The notes beneath the pieces are model-generated. The model was not told the origin of the DNA, searched no databases, and saw only the letters and a program-made list of their open reading frames with translations. The position numbers and the translations under genes are program-made. Shown here in pieces: positions 27,158 through 35,685 of a stretch of DNA of 64,000 bases (the stretch's first letter is position 1; every line of letters begins with the position of its first letter). The DNA comes from a bacterium (GTDB lineage: Bacteria; Ratteibacteria; UBA8468; B48-G9; DSTR01), in the NCBI GenBank assembly GCA_029551285.1, contig JAKPFT010000018.1, positions 6,584-70,583 of the forward strand, in the 5' to 3' direction.

Positions 27158-28816
27158 ATGGATATCCCAAAAGTGCGGTTTCTGCTCGCAATTTTCTTAT
27201 TGTCGGTTACGCTGGTGCCAGCCGCCGAGACAGACTGGTTGAAACTGGCTGTCAAAGCCCACCAGGAGGCACTCTACAGTCTTTCCAACAGGCAGATTGA
27301 AAACTTTCTAAGGACCCATAACCAGGACCCCCGGCGTGATTTTGCCTATCTTCTTCGGGCCGTGAATTACCTCCAGCTGAAGAACTTCCCGGAGGCGGAA
27401 AGTTCTTTGTTGAAACTTCTGTCTGACTTTCCCCAATCGGTTTATGGCCGGGAGGCTTACCGCTATCTGATATTAGTTCGTCTGCAGCAGGGCAAAGTGG
27501 AACTGGCTTTTTCTGATTACACCACATTCGGGGAAAAATATGGCCAGGATGACAACCTCTCAGCCCAGGTGGGTCTGGCTTTGTTTTCGCGGGGCGTGGT
27601 GCTTTTCAATCAGGGGGAGAGAAAGGGCAGCCGGGAAATTTTTCAGAAATTTTTGAATGCCTTTCCCGGTCAGGAACAGGTCGCTTCAGCCTTTTATTAT
27701 CTGGGGTTGATGGAGTATCAGGAAAACCGCTTCCGGGAGGCCATCAACTATCTGCAGAAAGCCAGAACTGGAAAAATGAGTCAGACGGTGCTGGCAGACA
27801 TCTATCTGAAACTGGGCGACTGCTATCTCAACAGCCAGCAACCGGAGGAAGCGGCGCCATATTACCAGAAGGTACTGTCTGATTTTCCCGGTTTTCCCCA
27901 GCGTTCAGCAGTCTACTATAATCTGGCAGTGATTGCCCGCCGAAAAACTGACTATGACCAGGCGCGTTCCCTCTTACAGCAACTTCTAACCGAAAAGACC
28001 ACTCCGAAAATGGCAGCGATGGCTCTTCTGGAATTGGGCCGGCTGAGTCTGCTGGAGGAAAACTGGTCCCGGGCCCAGGGTTACTTTCAGGAAGTTATCG
28101 GGAAGTACCCGGAATCGGAATTTCTGCCTGAAGCTCTGCTGCAACTGGGTTTAATCAATTTCAATCAGAACAATCTGCAGGTCGCTGCTGATTACTTTCA
28201 GAAATGCCTGGAGCAGGCCCGGGAAGAGCCGATGAGAATTCAGGCCTTTTTTGGTCTGGGGTACACCTTTTACAAGTCTGACCGGTTAGCGGAAGCCAGA
28301 CAGCAGTGGAACCAGGTTCTGGAAAGAGCGCCTGGCAGCACTTTTGCTTCGGAAGCACTTTTTCTCCTCGGCAGGAAAGAATTTGATGCCGGAGATTATC
28401 TTTCCGCTTCCCGGGATTTCCAGACTCTACTTTCCCGATTTCCCGAAAGCAACCTGTCCCGGCTGGCGCTGCCGTTGCTAATAGAAAGCCTCGTCCAGCA
28501 GAAAAAACTGGACCAGGCCAGTGAACTGTGTCTGAAATATCTGCCAGCGGCGAAGGGCGATGACCTCAAAGTTCTTTTCGGAAAAGTCCTTTACCTCAAC
28601 AAAAACTGGGAAAGGGCCCGCCAGGTTCTTTCGGGAGTGAGTAAGGCGCAGCCTCTGTTAAAAGCAGAAGCGCTTTTTTATCTGGGACAGGTGGAACTGG
28701 CTCTGGGACGAAAGGCTGAAGCCGAACAGCATTTTCTGGAGGTTATTACCTACTACCCCGATATTGGACAGTGGAGCCGCCTGGCCAGGCAGGCGCTCGG
28801 CCAGAAAACAGAATGA
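27158..28816 (+). CDS. Exported tetratricopeptide-repeat protein
   Basis: Signal peptide and many A..Y.LG...Y...A...F..(l)...FP.S repeats of BamD/YbgF-like type. Confidence 0.85.
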   Translation: MDIPKVRFLLAIFLLSVTLVPAAETDWLKLAVKAHQEALYSLSNRQIENFLRTHNQDPRRDFAYLLRAVNYLQLKNFPEAESSLLKLLSDFPQSVYGREAYRYLILVRLQQGKVELAFSDYTTFGEKYGQDDNLSAQVGLALFSRGVVLFNQGERKGSREIFQKFLNAFPGQEQVASAFYYLGLMEYQENRFREAINYLQKARTGKMSQTVLADIYLKLGDCYLNSQQPEEAAPYYQKVLSDFPGFPQRSAVYYNLAVIARRKTDYDQARSLLQQLLTEKTTPKMAAMALLELGRLSLLEENWSRAQGYFQEVIGKYPESEFLPEALLQLGLINFNQNNLQVAADYFQKCLEQAREEPMRIQAFFGLGYTFYKSDRLAEARQQWNQVLERAPGSTFASEALFLLGRKEFDAGDYLSASRDFQTLLSRFPESNLSRLALPLLIESLVQQKKLDQASELCLKYLPAAKGDDLKVLFGKVLYLNKNWERARQVLSGVSKAQPLLKAEALFYLGQVELALGRKAEAEQHFLEVITYYPDIGQWSRLARQALGQKTE

Positions 28817-30318
28817 AAACGGCGCGAAATGGATGGTGGCTGATTTCAGCCGGCTGGATTCTGTTGACCGGTCCTTTTCTTGGCAGTGAAAACATTCAGT
28901 TACCGGAAGAGTACATTTACGGTCAGGACCTTTCCGTCTGGAAAAGTGAGATTATGTTTTTGCCCGCGCCAGAGGTGAAGATTGATTTTCCGCCCCTTCC
29001 CCTGCCGGAATGGTCAACGGAGGTCCCCCCTGTTCAGGAAGCCACCGCTCCAGAAACTGCCGCCAGCATAGCCAGGCCGTTAGAAACTTTCCCGGTGGAA
29101 CCGGAGAGGGAACGGTGGGTCAGAGTTACCGCGGGCCAAAACCAGACCCTGGGTTTGCTCTGGGTGCACCAGGATAAGACGAGCAGTTTTTCCTGGAGCC
29201 TTTCCGGAGGCGTGGAAAACAGCGCTGGCTGGCGAGCCCATCAGAACAAGAATATCTCCAATCTTTCCTGTCGTCTGGAGCCACTCAGCCGTTATGGTCC
29301 CTTTTTTCAGGTGGAGACACTCATCGGTCGCCAGCAGTTGCCTGGCCCTCTCTGGGCGCCGCTGACCGAAATTAGAAACACCTTCGGGTTCTCTGGCTGG
29401 TACCAGCAGCAACTGGAAGACCATCCTTTTTTGCTAAGCGCTCGGGAGCGTTACTACCAGATGGATGAACTCCAGGCTAATTATCTGAAATTAGCGGGAA
29501 AACTTACCCGACAGTCCTGGCAGTGGTCCAGTGAAGTGGAATGGCAGGAGATAAAAAAGGCCGGCAGCCAGACTGGTTTGCTGACAGAACTGGCGCTGGA
29601 GAAAGAAGCCTTCAGCCTGGGTCTGGGGCTTAAGGGAATCCAGGGGACCGGCCTGAGATTACTTCCCCGGGCCGAAGTTCATCTGAACAGGAACCTGAAA
29701 TTTTCCCTCACCAGTTATTACCAGATAGCCGATTTCTGGGGTGAGGCTGGAAAAAGCGACTACCTGGAAATAAAGCCGGAAAGGCTAAAACCTCAGGAGG
29801 GTTACCGGCTGGCCGCAGGCTATCTCTCAAGCAACTCCTGCGGGTGGTTCTCCTTTGACGCTGGGTATACCTGGTGGAACCATTTCTATACCTGGTCTGA
29901 CCAGGACGGAAATTTTCTTTACGAACCGGCTCTGATCAGGCATCTTTGGGCCACGGATTTGAATTTGAGGGCAGGTTTTAAGCTAACCCGGGATGCCGGC
30001 TTTTTCTTCCGGGCGAAGCAACTCTTCTTTGACAGGAAAATACAGTACTGGCCCGGGACAGAAATCGCCACCGGCCTGACCTGGGAACGTCTTCCTTTCA
30101 GCGGAAATCTGGGGATGATCTATTGTGGCCGGCGCCGGTTTCCGGGACAGACTCTTGGCGGATATACCAGTTGTTATGTTGATTTTTCCTGGCGCTTCAA
30201 ACCCGGGGTGCTCTTCGGGATAAGCGTGGAAAATCTCACCGGGGTTTGCTACCAGGAAGTGCCCGGTTATCCTGGCCGGGGCCGCTACTTCTCCAGCAGA
30301 ATTCAGGTAAATTTTTAG
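28813..30318 (+). CDS. Putative outer-membrane beta-barrel (TonB-receptor-like C-terminus)
   Basis: ATG 28813 overlaps the upstream stop, followed by a signal peptide and alternating amphipathic strands. C-terminus is VENLT...Y..VPGYPGRGR.F...IQVNF with a terminal Phe. Confidence 0.65.
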   Translation: MKTARNGWWLISAGWILLTGPFLGSENIQLPEEYIYGQDLSVWKSEIMFLPAPEVKIDFPPLPLPEWSTEVPPVQEATAPETAASIARPLETFPVEPERERWVRVTAGQNQTLGLLWVHQDKTSSFSWSLSGGVENSAGWRAHQNKNISNLSCRLEPLSRYGPFFQVETLIGRQQLPGPLWAPLTEIRNTFGFSGWYQQQLEDHPFLLSARERYYQMDELQANYLKLAGKLTRQSWQWSSEVEWQEIKKAGSQTGLLTELALEKEAFSLGLGLKGIQGTGLRLLPRAEVHLNRNLKFSLTSYYQIADFWGEAGKSDYLEIKPERLKPQEGYRLAAGYLSSNSCGWFSFDAGYTWWNHFYTWSDQDGNFLYEPALIRHLWATDLNLRAGFKLTRDAGFFFRAKQLFFDRKIQYWPGTEIATGLTWERLPFSGNLGMIYCGRRRFPGQTLGGYTSCYVDFSWRFKPGVLFGISVENLTGVCYQEVPGYPGRGRYFSSRIQVNF

Positions 30319-30333
30319 GGAGGAAAAAAGGCG

Positions 30334-31244
30334 GTGTCAAAAAAGGAATAAAAGAGGAATGAAAAGAAAGGGAACGAACTGGCTCACTGGAGAGTGCTTC
30401 GGCACCGACAAGGACTACGCCGAAATCGGTTGCTCGGCGAACTCGCTCGCACGGTGGCGAGCTCAAACACCGCCGAGTAAGGTATTGCGTCCCGGATGGA
30501 ATTGCCCGGTCCGCTTACCGAACGGTGCCGCTTTTCGTCTTGTCTTGTAACTGTGCCTTCGCCATTCGTTCGCCAGTTATTCCCTTCCTTTTTTGACACA
30601 GTCGGGGGCAATGGCGGAGAGACAAGGACAGGCAGAACCAAAGAAGGAATAAAAGAGGAATGAAAAGGAAGGGAACAAACTGGCTCACTCAGAGTGCTTC
30701 GGCACAGACAAGGACTACGCCGAAATCGGTTGCTCGGCGAACTCGCTCGCCCGGAGGCGAGCTCAGACACCGCCGAGTAAGGTATTGCGTCCCGGATGGA
30801 ATTGCCCGGTCCGCTTACCGAACGCATCCGCTTTTCGTCTTGTCTTGTATCTGTGCCTTCGCAATTGGTTCGCCAGCTGTCCCCTTCCTTTTCTGACACA
30901 GTGGGGGGAAGGAGAGATAAAGAATTGCAGAACCAAAAAAGGAACAAAAGAGGAATGAAAAGAAAGGGAACAAACTGGCTCACTCAAGGTGCTGCGGCAC
31001 AGACAAGGACTATGCCGAAATCGGTTGCTCGGCGAACTCGCTCGCCCGGGGGCAAGCTCATACACCGCCGAGTAAGGTATTGCGTCCCGGATGGACTTCT
31101 CCGGTCCGCTTACCGAACGCATCCGCTTTTCGTCTTGTCTTGTAACTGTGCCTTCGCCATTCGTTCGCCAGGTGTCCCTTCCTTTTTTGACACAGTGGGG
31201 GAAGGGGATAAGGAGTTGAAAAACCATTGACGGAAACAAGAAAA
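30334..31244 (+). repeat. Tandem array of three ~300-bp structured non-coding units (MITE/ncRNA-like)
   Basis: Units start at about 30343, 30644 and 30939 (period about 300 and 295). The perfect 15-bp inverted repeat GTGTCAAAAAAGGAA (30334-30348) matches TTCCTTTTTTGACAC at 30585-30599 and 31179-31193. Confidence 0.95.
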
Positions 31245-31298
31245 GAGAAAAAAACAACTTGATGTCTTTGACTGTTCCCGGTACTAAAAGGGAGGAAG

Positions 31299-31841
31299 AT
31301 GGAACGAGAAAAAGCCTTAATTCTGCTTCAGGAAAAGTTACCGAATAAGAACCTTTTCAAGCACTCGCTGGCGGTAGAAGTCTGTTTGAAAGCCCTGGCC
31401 AGCCGTCTTGGTCAGGACAGCCAGACCTGGGCTCTGGCCGGGCTGCTTCACGACATAGATTACGAAATAACTAAAGAGCAGCCAGGCCGGCATGGCCTTT
31501 TAGCCGGGGAGATTTTGCAGGGGCAGGTCCCGGAGGAAGTTATCCAGGCCATTGCCGCGCATGCTGGCCATAAAGAAAAAAGGACCCTTCTTGAAGAAGC
31601 CATCTGCGCGGTTGACCCTTTAACCGGGTTGATTGTCGCCTGTGCGCTCATCCGGCCAGAGAAGAAACTCAGTGTCATTGACACCGCTTTTGTGCTTAAC
31701 CGTTTTGGTGAGAAAAGATTTGCCGCTGGCGCTGACCGGGAAGCGATTAAGGGTTGTGAAAAATTGGGCCTGTCTCTGGAGAGTTTTATTACCCTGTGCC
31801 TGGAGGCAATGAAGAAGATTGCACCGCAGTTAGGTCTGTAA
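31299..31841 (+). CDS. HD/HDIG-domain metal-dependent phosphohydrolase
   Basis: KHSLAVE, GLLHDIDY, AIAAH, D.LTGLIVACALIRP, FAAGADR. GGAGG SD. Confidence 0.88.
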   Translation: MEREKALILLQEKLPNKNLFKHSLAVEVCLKALASRLGQDSQTWALAGLLHDIDYEITKEQPGRHGLLAGEILQGQVPEEVIQAIAAHAGHKEKRTLLEEAICAVDPLTGLIVACALIRPEKKLSVIDTAFVLNRFGEKRFAAGADREAIKGCEKLGLSLESFITLCLEAMKKIAPQLGL

Positions 31842-31844
31842 AAT

Positions 31845-32630
31845 TCAGAGACCGACCAGGGAAAGATTGTGCTGCTGGCAGAAGTCCACCACGCCAGTTT
31901 CGTTAATCAGGATGGTCCGGCCAGCCTCCACGGCTAAAACCCGGCCGCCAGAGGCAGCCATTATTTCTACAGTTTTAGGACCAATCGCGGGCAGGTCAAA
32001 CCGGACATCTTTTTGCGCTCCGGCCATCTTGACCACGACAAAATCCTGGCAGAACTGGCCGCTTCTTTTCAGCATTTCGTCAGTGCCTTCCAGCCCCTCA
32101 ATAGCCAGCACCGTCTGGTTTTTGACGGTTAAGGACTGACCGATGTTGAAACAAGCCAGCGCGGCCAGCACTTTTTTTCCGAAGCCAATGTCCGCCCATT
32201 CCTCCTCGGTTGGCTTCCGCTGAGTCAGGACACCGCTGGCCACAAGGTTATCCCGAAAAATTTCTATCACCGGCATAATCTTAACCCCTTCTTTTTCCAG
32301 CCAGTGGCTGATACCTTTCAACAACGTCTCATTCTGCCAGTTGGAGAAGTGCTGAAGGAAGGTTCCACCGGAAGAATCCTGCTTCAGACTGAAAACTGTC
32401 CTGTGAGGAAACCGGCCCACCAGGCCGATCTGGCCGACCTTTTCTTTCTTAATAATCTCTTTTAGCCGGTCAAGTCTGGCTAAATCAATCTGATAATGGC
32501 TGCTGGCCGGAAAGGGAACCGGTGACAGGGAAAGGAGAACAACTGGCGCCTGCTGGCTAAGCTTGGCCACAGCTTCCTGAGACATCTCATCATCCGAGAC
32601 AAAAAGCGCAATCTTCTTTTTTTCCGTCAT
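31845..32630 (-). CDS. lpxI: UDP-2,3-diacylglucosamine diphosphatase LpxI (DUF1009)
   Basis: IGQ, AIEGLEGTDEML, DVRFDLPAIG, LAVEAG motifs. Lies downstream of lpxA. Confidence 0.85.
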   Translation of the reverse strand: MTEKKKIALFVSDDEMSQEAVAKLSQQAPVVLLSLSPVPFPASSHYQIDLARLDRLKEIIKKEKVGQIGLVGRFPHRTVFSLKQDSSGGTFLQHFSNWQNETLLKGISHWLEKEGVKIMPVIEIFRDNLVASGVLTQRKPTEEEWADIGFGKKVLAALACFNIGQSLTVKNQTVLAIEGLEGTDEMLKRSGQFCQDFVVVKMAGAQKDVRFDLPAIGPKTVEIMAASGGRVLAVEAGRTILINETGVVDFCQQHNLSLVGL

Positions 32631-32725
32631 GGCTTCTATTGCCCGGTCAGGGTCACGTTCAAAACCGGTGCCTTCTCTTTGTCCGACTCCTTGATTCCGG
32701 TAAAGACTGAGAAGCTCATCTGGTG

Positions 32726-34141
32726 TCAGTCTGGATACAACCGCCCCCGAGTTCCATCCAGGTTTTTCTGTATTGTTTTTCTTTCCGCTTCCAGTTCTTC
32801 AAACCATTGGTCTGTCTCCCGGTCCATCCGTTCCACGATATCAGGATATTTTAAGGCCAGGTCATTTTCCTCCAGAGGGTCATCCTTCAGGTGGAAAAGC
32901 TGGGGCTGGTTTTCTTCCAGTTTGAATTCCGGAAAGGATTCCTGAAAGATATGGGTAAACTTTTCCGGATGATAAGTATATTCCCGGTCAATCTGACCCA
33001 GAGAAGGAGGAAACTCCATAGTTTCCGGAAGAGGGCCTCGTACCAGCTTCCAGTCTCCGTCTCTCATGGCGATATTGGAACTGCGCACCGGATAAAGCCG
33101 GTTCCATTGCCAGAAATATTTCCTTCTTTCGGCTTTGTTTCCCTGCAGCACTGGCCAGACGCTCTGACCATCAAGCTTCTTCAGTCCTGAGGGTATCTTT
33201 ACCCCGACCATTTCTAAGATTGTCGGCAGCCAGTCCACGAAGTGAACCATTTCGCTAATCAGACGACCTTCCGGTAAATAGCCTGGCCAGCGGATGACCA
33301 TTGGCACCCGGATACCGCCTTCGTAGACATTTCCCTTGCAGCCGCGAAACTGGTGGTTGTAGCGCGTGGTGGACATCTCACCGGAGCCGCCAAACTGGGG
33401 GCCATTGTCACTGGTGAAGAAAACCGCGGTTTTGTTTTCCAGGCCCAGTTGCCGCAGGTGTTCTAAGATTTGACCGACACCCTTGTCCAGGCGGCGCAGC
33501 ATAGCGTAAATGGTCGCCACGCCCTTATTCAGCCCGGGTTTGCCCAGAAAGACCTTCATCTCTTCCTCCGGCGCCTGAAGCGGAAAATGAGGAGCGTTGT
33601 AACATAGATGAAGGAAGAAGGGTTCCTTCTGGTGGCGGTGGATAAACTCAAGCGCTTCCTCAGTGAAGACATCGGTGAGGTAACGGCCGTCGCTGGCAAC
33701 CAGTTTTTCGTTGTAGAAAAGACGCCACTGGTAATAATCCTGCCAGCCACCGCGAAAGCCGACGAATTCGTCAAAGCCGCGGCTGGCCGGATGGTACTTT
33801 TTCTCAATTGCGCCCAGGTGCCACTTGCCCACCAGTCCGGTGGCGTAACCGGCCCTTTTCAGCAGGTCAGCTATGGTGACCTCATCAGGAGCCAGAGTGT
33901 CCAGACCGTGCATCGGAAAGGTGTCAATACAGCCGGTGCGGTGGGGATAGCGGCCGGTGAGGAGGCCGGCTCTGGCCGGGCTGCAGACCGGTGAGGCGGA
34001 GTAGTGCTGGGTGAGACACACGCCCTGCCGGTATAAGGTCTCCAGGGCCGGCGTCTGGGAAAGCCCCTGGTTGAAAAAACTGAAATCACCATAGCCCATG
34101 TCGTCGGCCAGAATGAAAAGGATGTTTGGTTTTTCTTTCAT
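32726..34141 (-). CDS. Arylsulfatase (formylglycine-dependent, Cys-type)
   Basis: PNILFILADDMG, CSPARAGLLTGR, GKWHLG, SDNG, YEGGIRVP. An upstream GTG at 34144 is also possible. Confidence 0.93.
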   Translation of the reverse strand: MKEKPNILFILADDMGYGDFSFFNQGLSQTPALETLYRQGVCLTQHYSASPVCSPARAGLLTGRYPHRTGCIDTFPMHGLDTLAPDEVTIADLLKRAGYATGLVGKWHLGAIEKKYHPASRGFDEFVGFRGGWQDYYQWRLFYNEKLVASDGRYLTDVFTEEALEFIHRHQKEPFFLHLCYNAPHFPLQAPEEEMKVFLGKPGLNKGVATIYAMLRRLDKGVGQILEHLRQLGLENKTAVFFTSDNGPQFGGSGEMSTTRYNHQFRGCKGNVYEGGIRVPMVIRWPGYLPEGRLISEMVHFVDWLPTILEMVGVKIPSGLKKLDGQSVWPVLQGNKAERRKYFWQWNRLYPVRSSNIAMRDGDWKLVRGPLPETMEFPPSLGQIDREYTYHPEKFTHIFQESFPEFKLEENQPQLFHLKDDPLEENDLALKYPDIVERMDRETDQWFEELEAERKTIQKNLDGTRGRLYPD

Positions 34142-35517
34142 CACCGGTCGGCCACAGGCAGTTTCGCGGCGGTAGCCCTTTTCATCTCGGTCAGCATTGC
34201 TTTCAACTGTTTTAATCTGGTCGGTTCTTTTTCCACAAGGTTATTCTTCTCGCCGATGTCTTCCTGAAGGTGGAAAAGTTTTAGGCGGTTGTCTTCGTAA
34301 TACTCAATCAGTTTGTACCCGTCAGCGATAAGCGAAGAGGTGGGTTGGCCTCCCTGGTTGCCGTAATGAGGAAAATGGAAGAAGATATTTTCCCGGTCAA
34401 TCTTTTCTTTACCCTGAAGCAGCGGGGCCAGACTGACACCATCCATGTGCTGTTGCGGCAGCAAGGGCAGACCGGCCATCTCTAAAATGGTGGGATAAAA
34501 ATCAGTGGAAACAACAGGCACCGAGCAGACTTGCCTGCCTTTCCTGTCGGTGACACCGGGCCAGCGAATAATCAGGTTCACCCGAATGCCACCCTCATCC
34601 ATCCAACCCTTGCCCTCACTTAATGGCAGATTGCAGGTGTGGGAACCCTCGGCGGTGGAAAGTCCCCCGTTGTCTGAGGTAAAGATGATGATGGTATGGT
34701 TAAGTTTTCCAGTTTCTTTCAAAGTCTGGAGCAACCGACCAATGTTTTCGTCCAGGTTTTCAATCATCCCGGCATAAACCGGATCAGACTGCACCAGGCG
34801 TCTCACCACGCGCAGGTGCTTCTTGTGGTCGCACGGGAAGTACTCACCTTCCTCAAAGGTTTTCACCCGGTCCAGCCCCAGCCGTTTCACTTTGTCCTGA
34901 TATTTGCGAACATACCTTTCCGGGGCCGCCGCTTGAGCGTGGACCGCGTAGTGGGACAGATACATGAAGAACGGTTCAGGTGATTCTTTAATTAGTTTAA
35001 TGGCTTCATCGGTCAGTCTATCGGTGAGGAATTCTCCTTCTGGACCATCCTCAAAACCGGGGATGCGATAGGGACTGAAATAACCATGTCTGGGAGCGCC
35101 CCATTCGCAGCCAGCCAGATTTCTGTTAAAACCCTGATACTGCGGCAGGTAGGGTCCGCCTCCCAGATGCCACTTGCCGACGTGGTAGGTCTTATAGCCA
35201 GCCTCCTGAAGCGCCCGGGGCAATGTTTTTTCCGTCAGGGGCAGATACTCTAAGTTGGCTGGAGGAAGAAGTTTGCCTCTTTCCCGGCCGCCGATGTAAT
35301 TGGTAATCCCTAACCGGGCGGGATATTTACCGGTCATGATACTGGCTCGGGTAGGGGAGCAGACCGGGCTGGCCGCATAGGCGCTGGTAAAGGTTACCCC
35401 TCCTTCCTGCAGACTATCAATAAAAGGGGTTTCGTAGAACTCACTACCGTAGCAGGCCAGGTCTCTCCAGCCTAAATCGTCTATCAGGAGGAACAGGATG
35501 TTCGGTCTTTTCTGCAT
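34141..35517 (-). CDS. Sulfatase (formylglycine-dependent, Cys-type)
   Basis: PNILFLLIDDLG, CSPTRASIMTG, GKWHLG, SDNGG, EGGIRV. ATG 35517 is preferred because ATG 35541 lies inside the promoter. Confidence 0.93.
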   Translation of the reverse strand: MQKRPNILFLLIDDLGWRDLACYGSEFYETPFIDSLQEGGVTFTSAYAASPVCSPTRASIMTGKYPARLGITNYIGGRERGKLLPPANLEYLPLTEKTLPRALQEAGYKTYHVGKWHLGGGPYLPQYQGFNRNLAGCEWGAPRHGYFSPYRIPGFEDGPEGEFLTDRLTDEAIKLIKESPEPFFMYLSHYAVHAQAAAPERYVRKYQDKVKRLGLDRVKTFEEGEYFPCDHKKHLRVVRRLVQSDPVYAGMIENLDENIGRLLQTLKETGKLNHTIIIFTSDNGGLSTAEGSHTCNLPLSEGKGWMDEGGIRVNLIIRWPGVTDRKGRQVCSVPVVSTDFYPTILEMAGLPLLPQQHMDGVSLAPLLQGKEKIDRENIFFHFPHYGNQGGQPTSSLIADGYKLIEYYEDNRLKLFHLQEDIGEKNNLVEKEPTRLKQLKAMLTEMKRATAAKLPVADR

Positions 35518-35526
35518 AATGCTGTG

Positions 35527-35555
35527 ATTATATGTTAGCATGCCAGCACCGTCAA
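35527..35555 (-). promoter_or_regulatory. Near-consensus sigma70 promoter for the sulfatase pair
   Basis: Minus strand TTGACG-17-TATAAT, 9 nt before ATG 35517. Confidence 0.8.
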
Positions 35556-35685
35556 TCCCGGAAGAGAAAAAGTGGTCATGCTTTTCCGGTTTTTCTCCTG
35601 GTAGTAGAAGTTAAAAAATAGACGGTGTCAGGCGAGGTGGACTGGTAGAAAACTTTGGCTGGCAGATACCTGTCAGGACCCCGGG

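Noticed and set aside
30334-31244. CRISPR array interpretation
   Set aside because: The repeat is ~250 bp, the linkers are mutually related purine-rich sequences rather than unique spacers, and no cas genes are present.
30359-31257. ORFs inside the repeat array and solo copy (MKRKGTNWLT..., and antisense ORFs)
   Set aside because: Frames and lengths differ between copies because of single-base indels, and there are no recognisable domains, so conservation looks nucleotide/structure-level.
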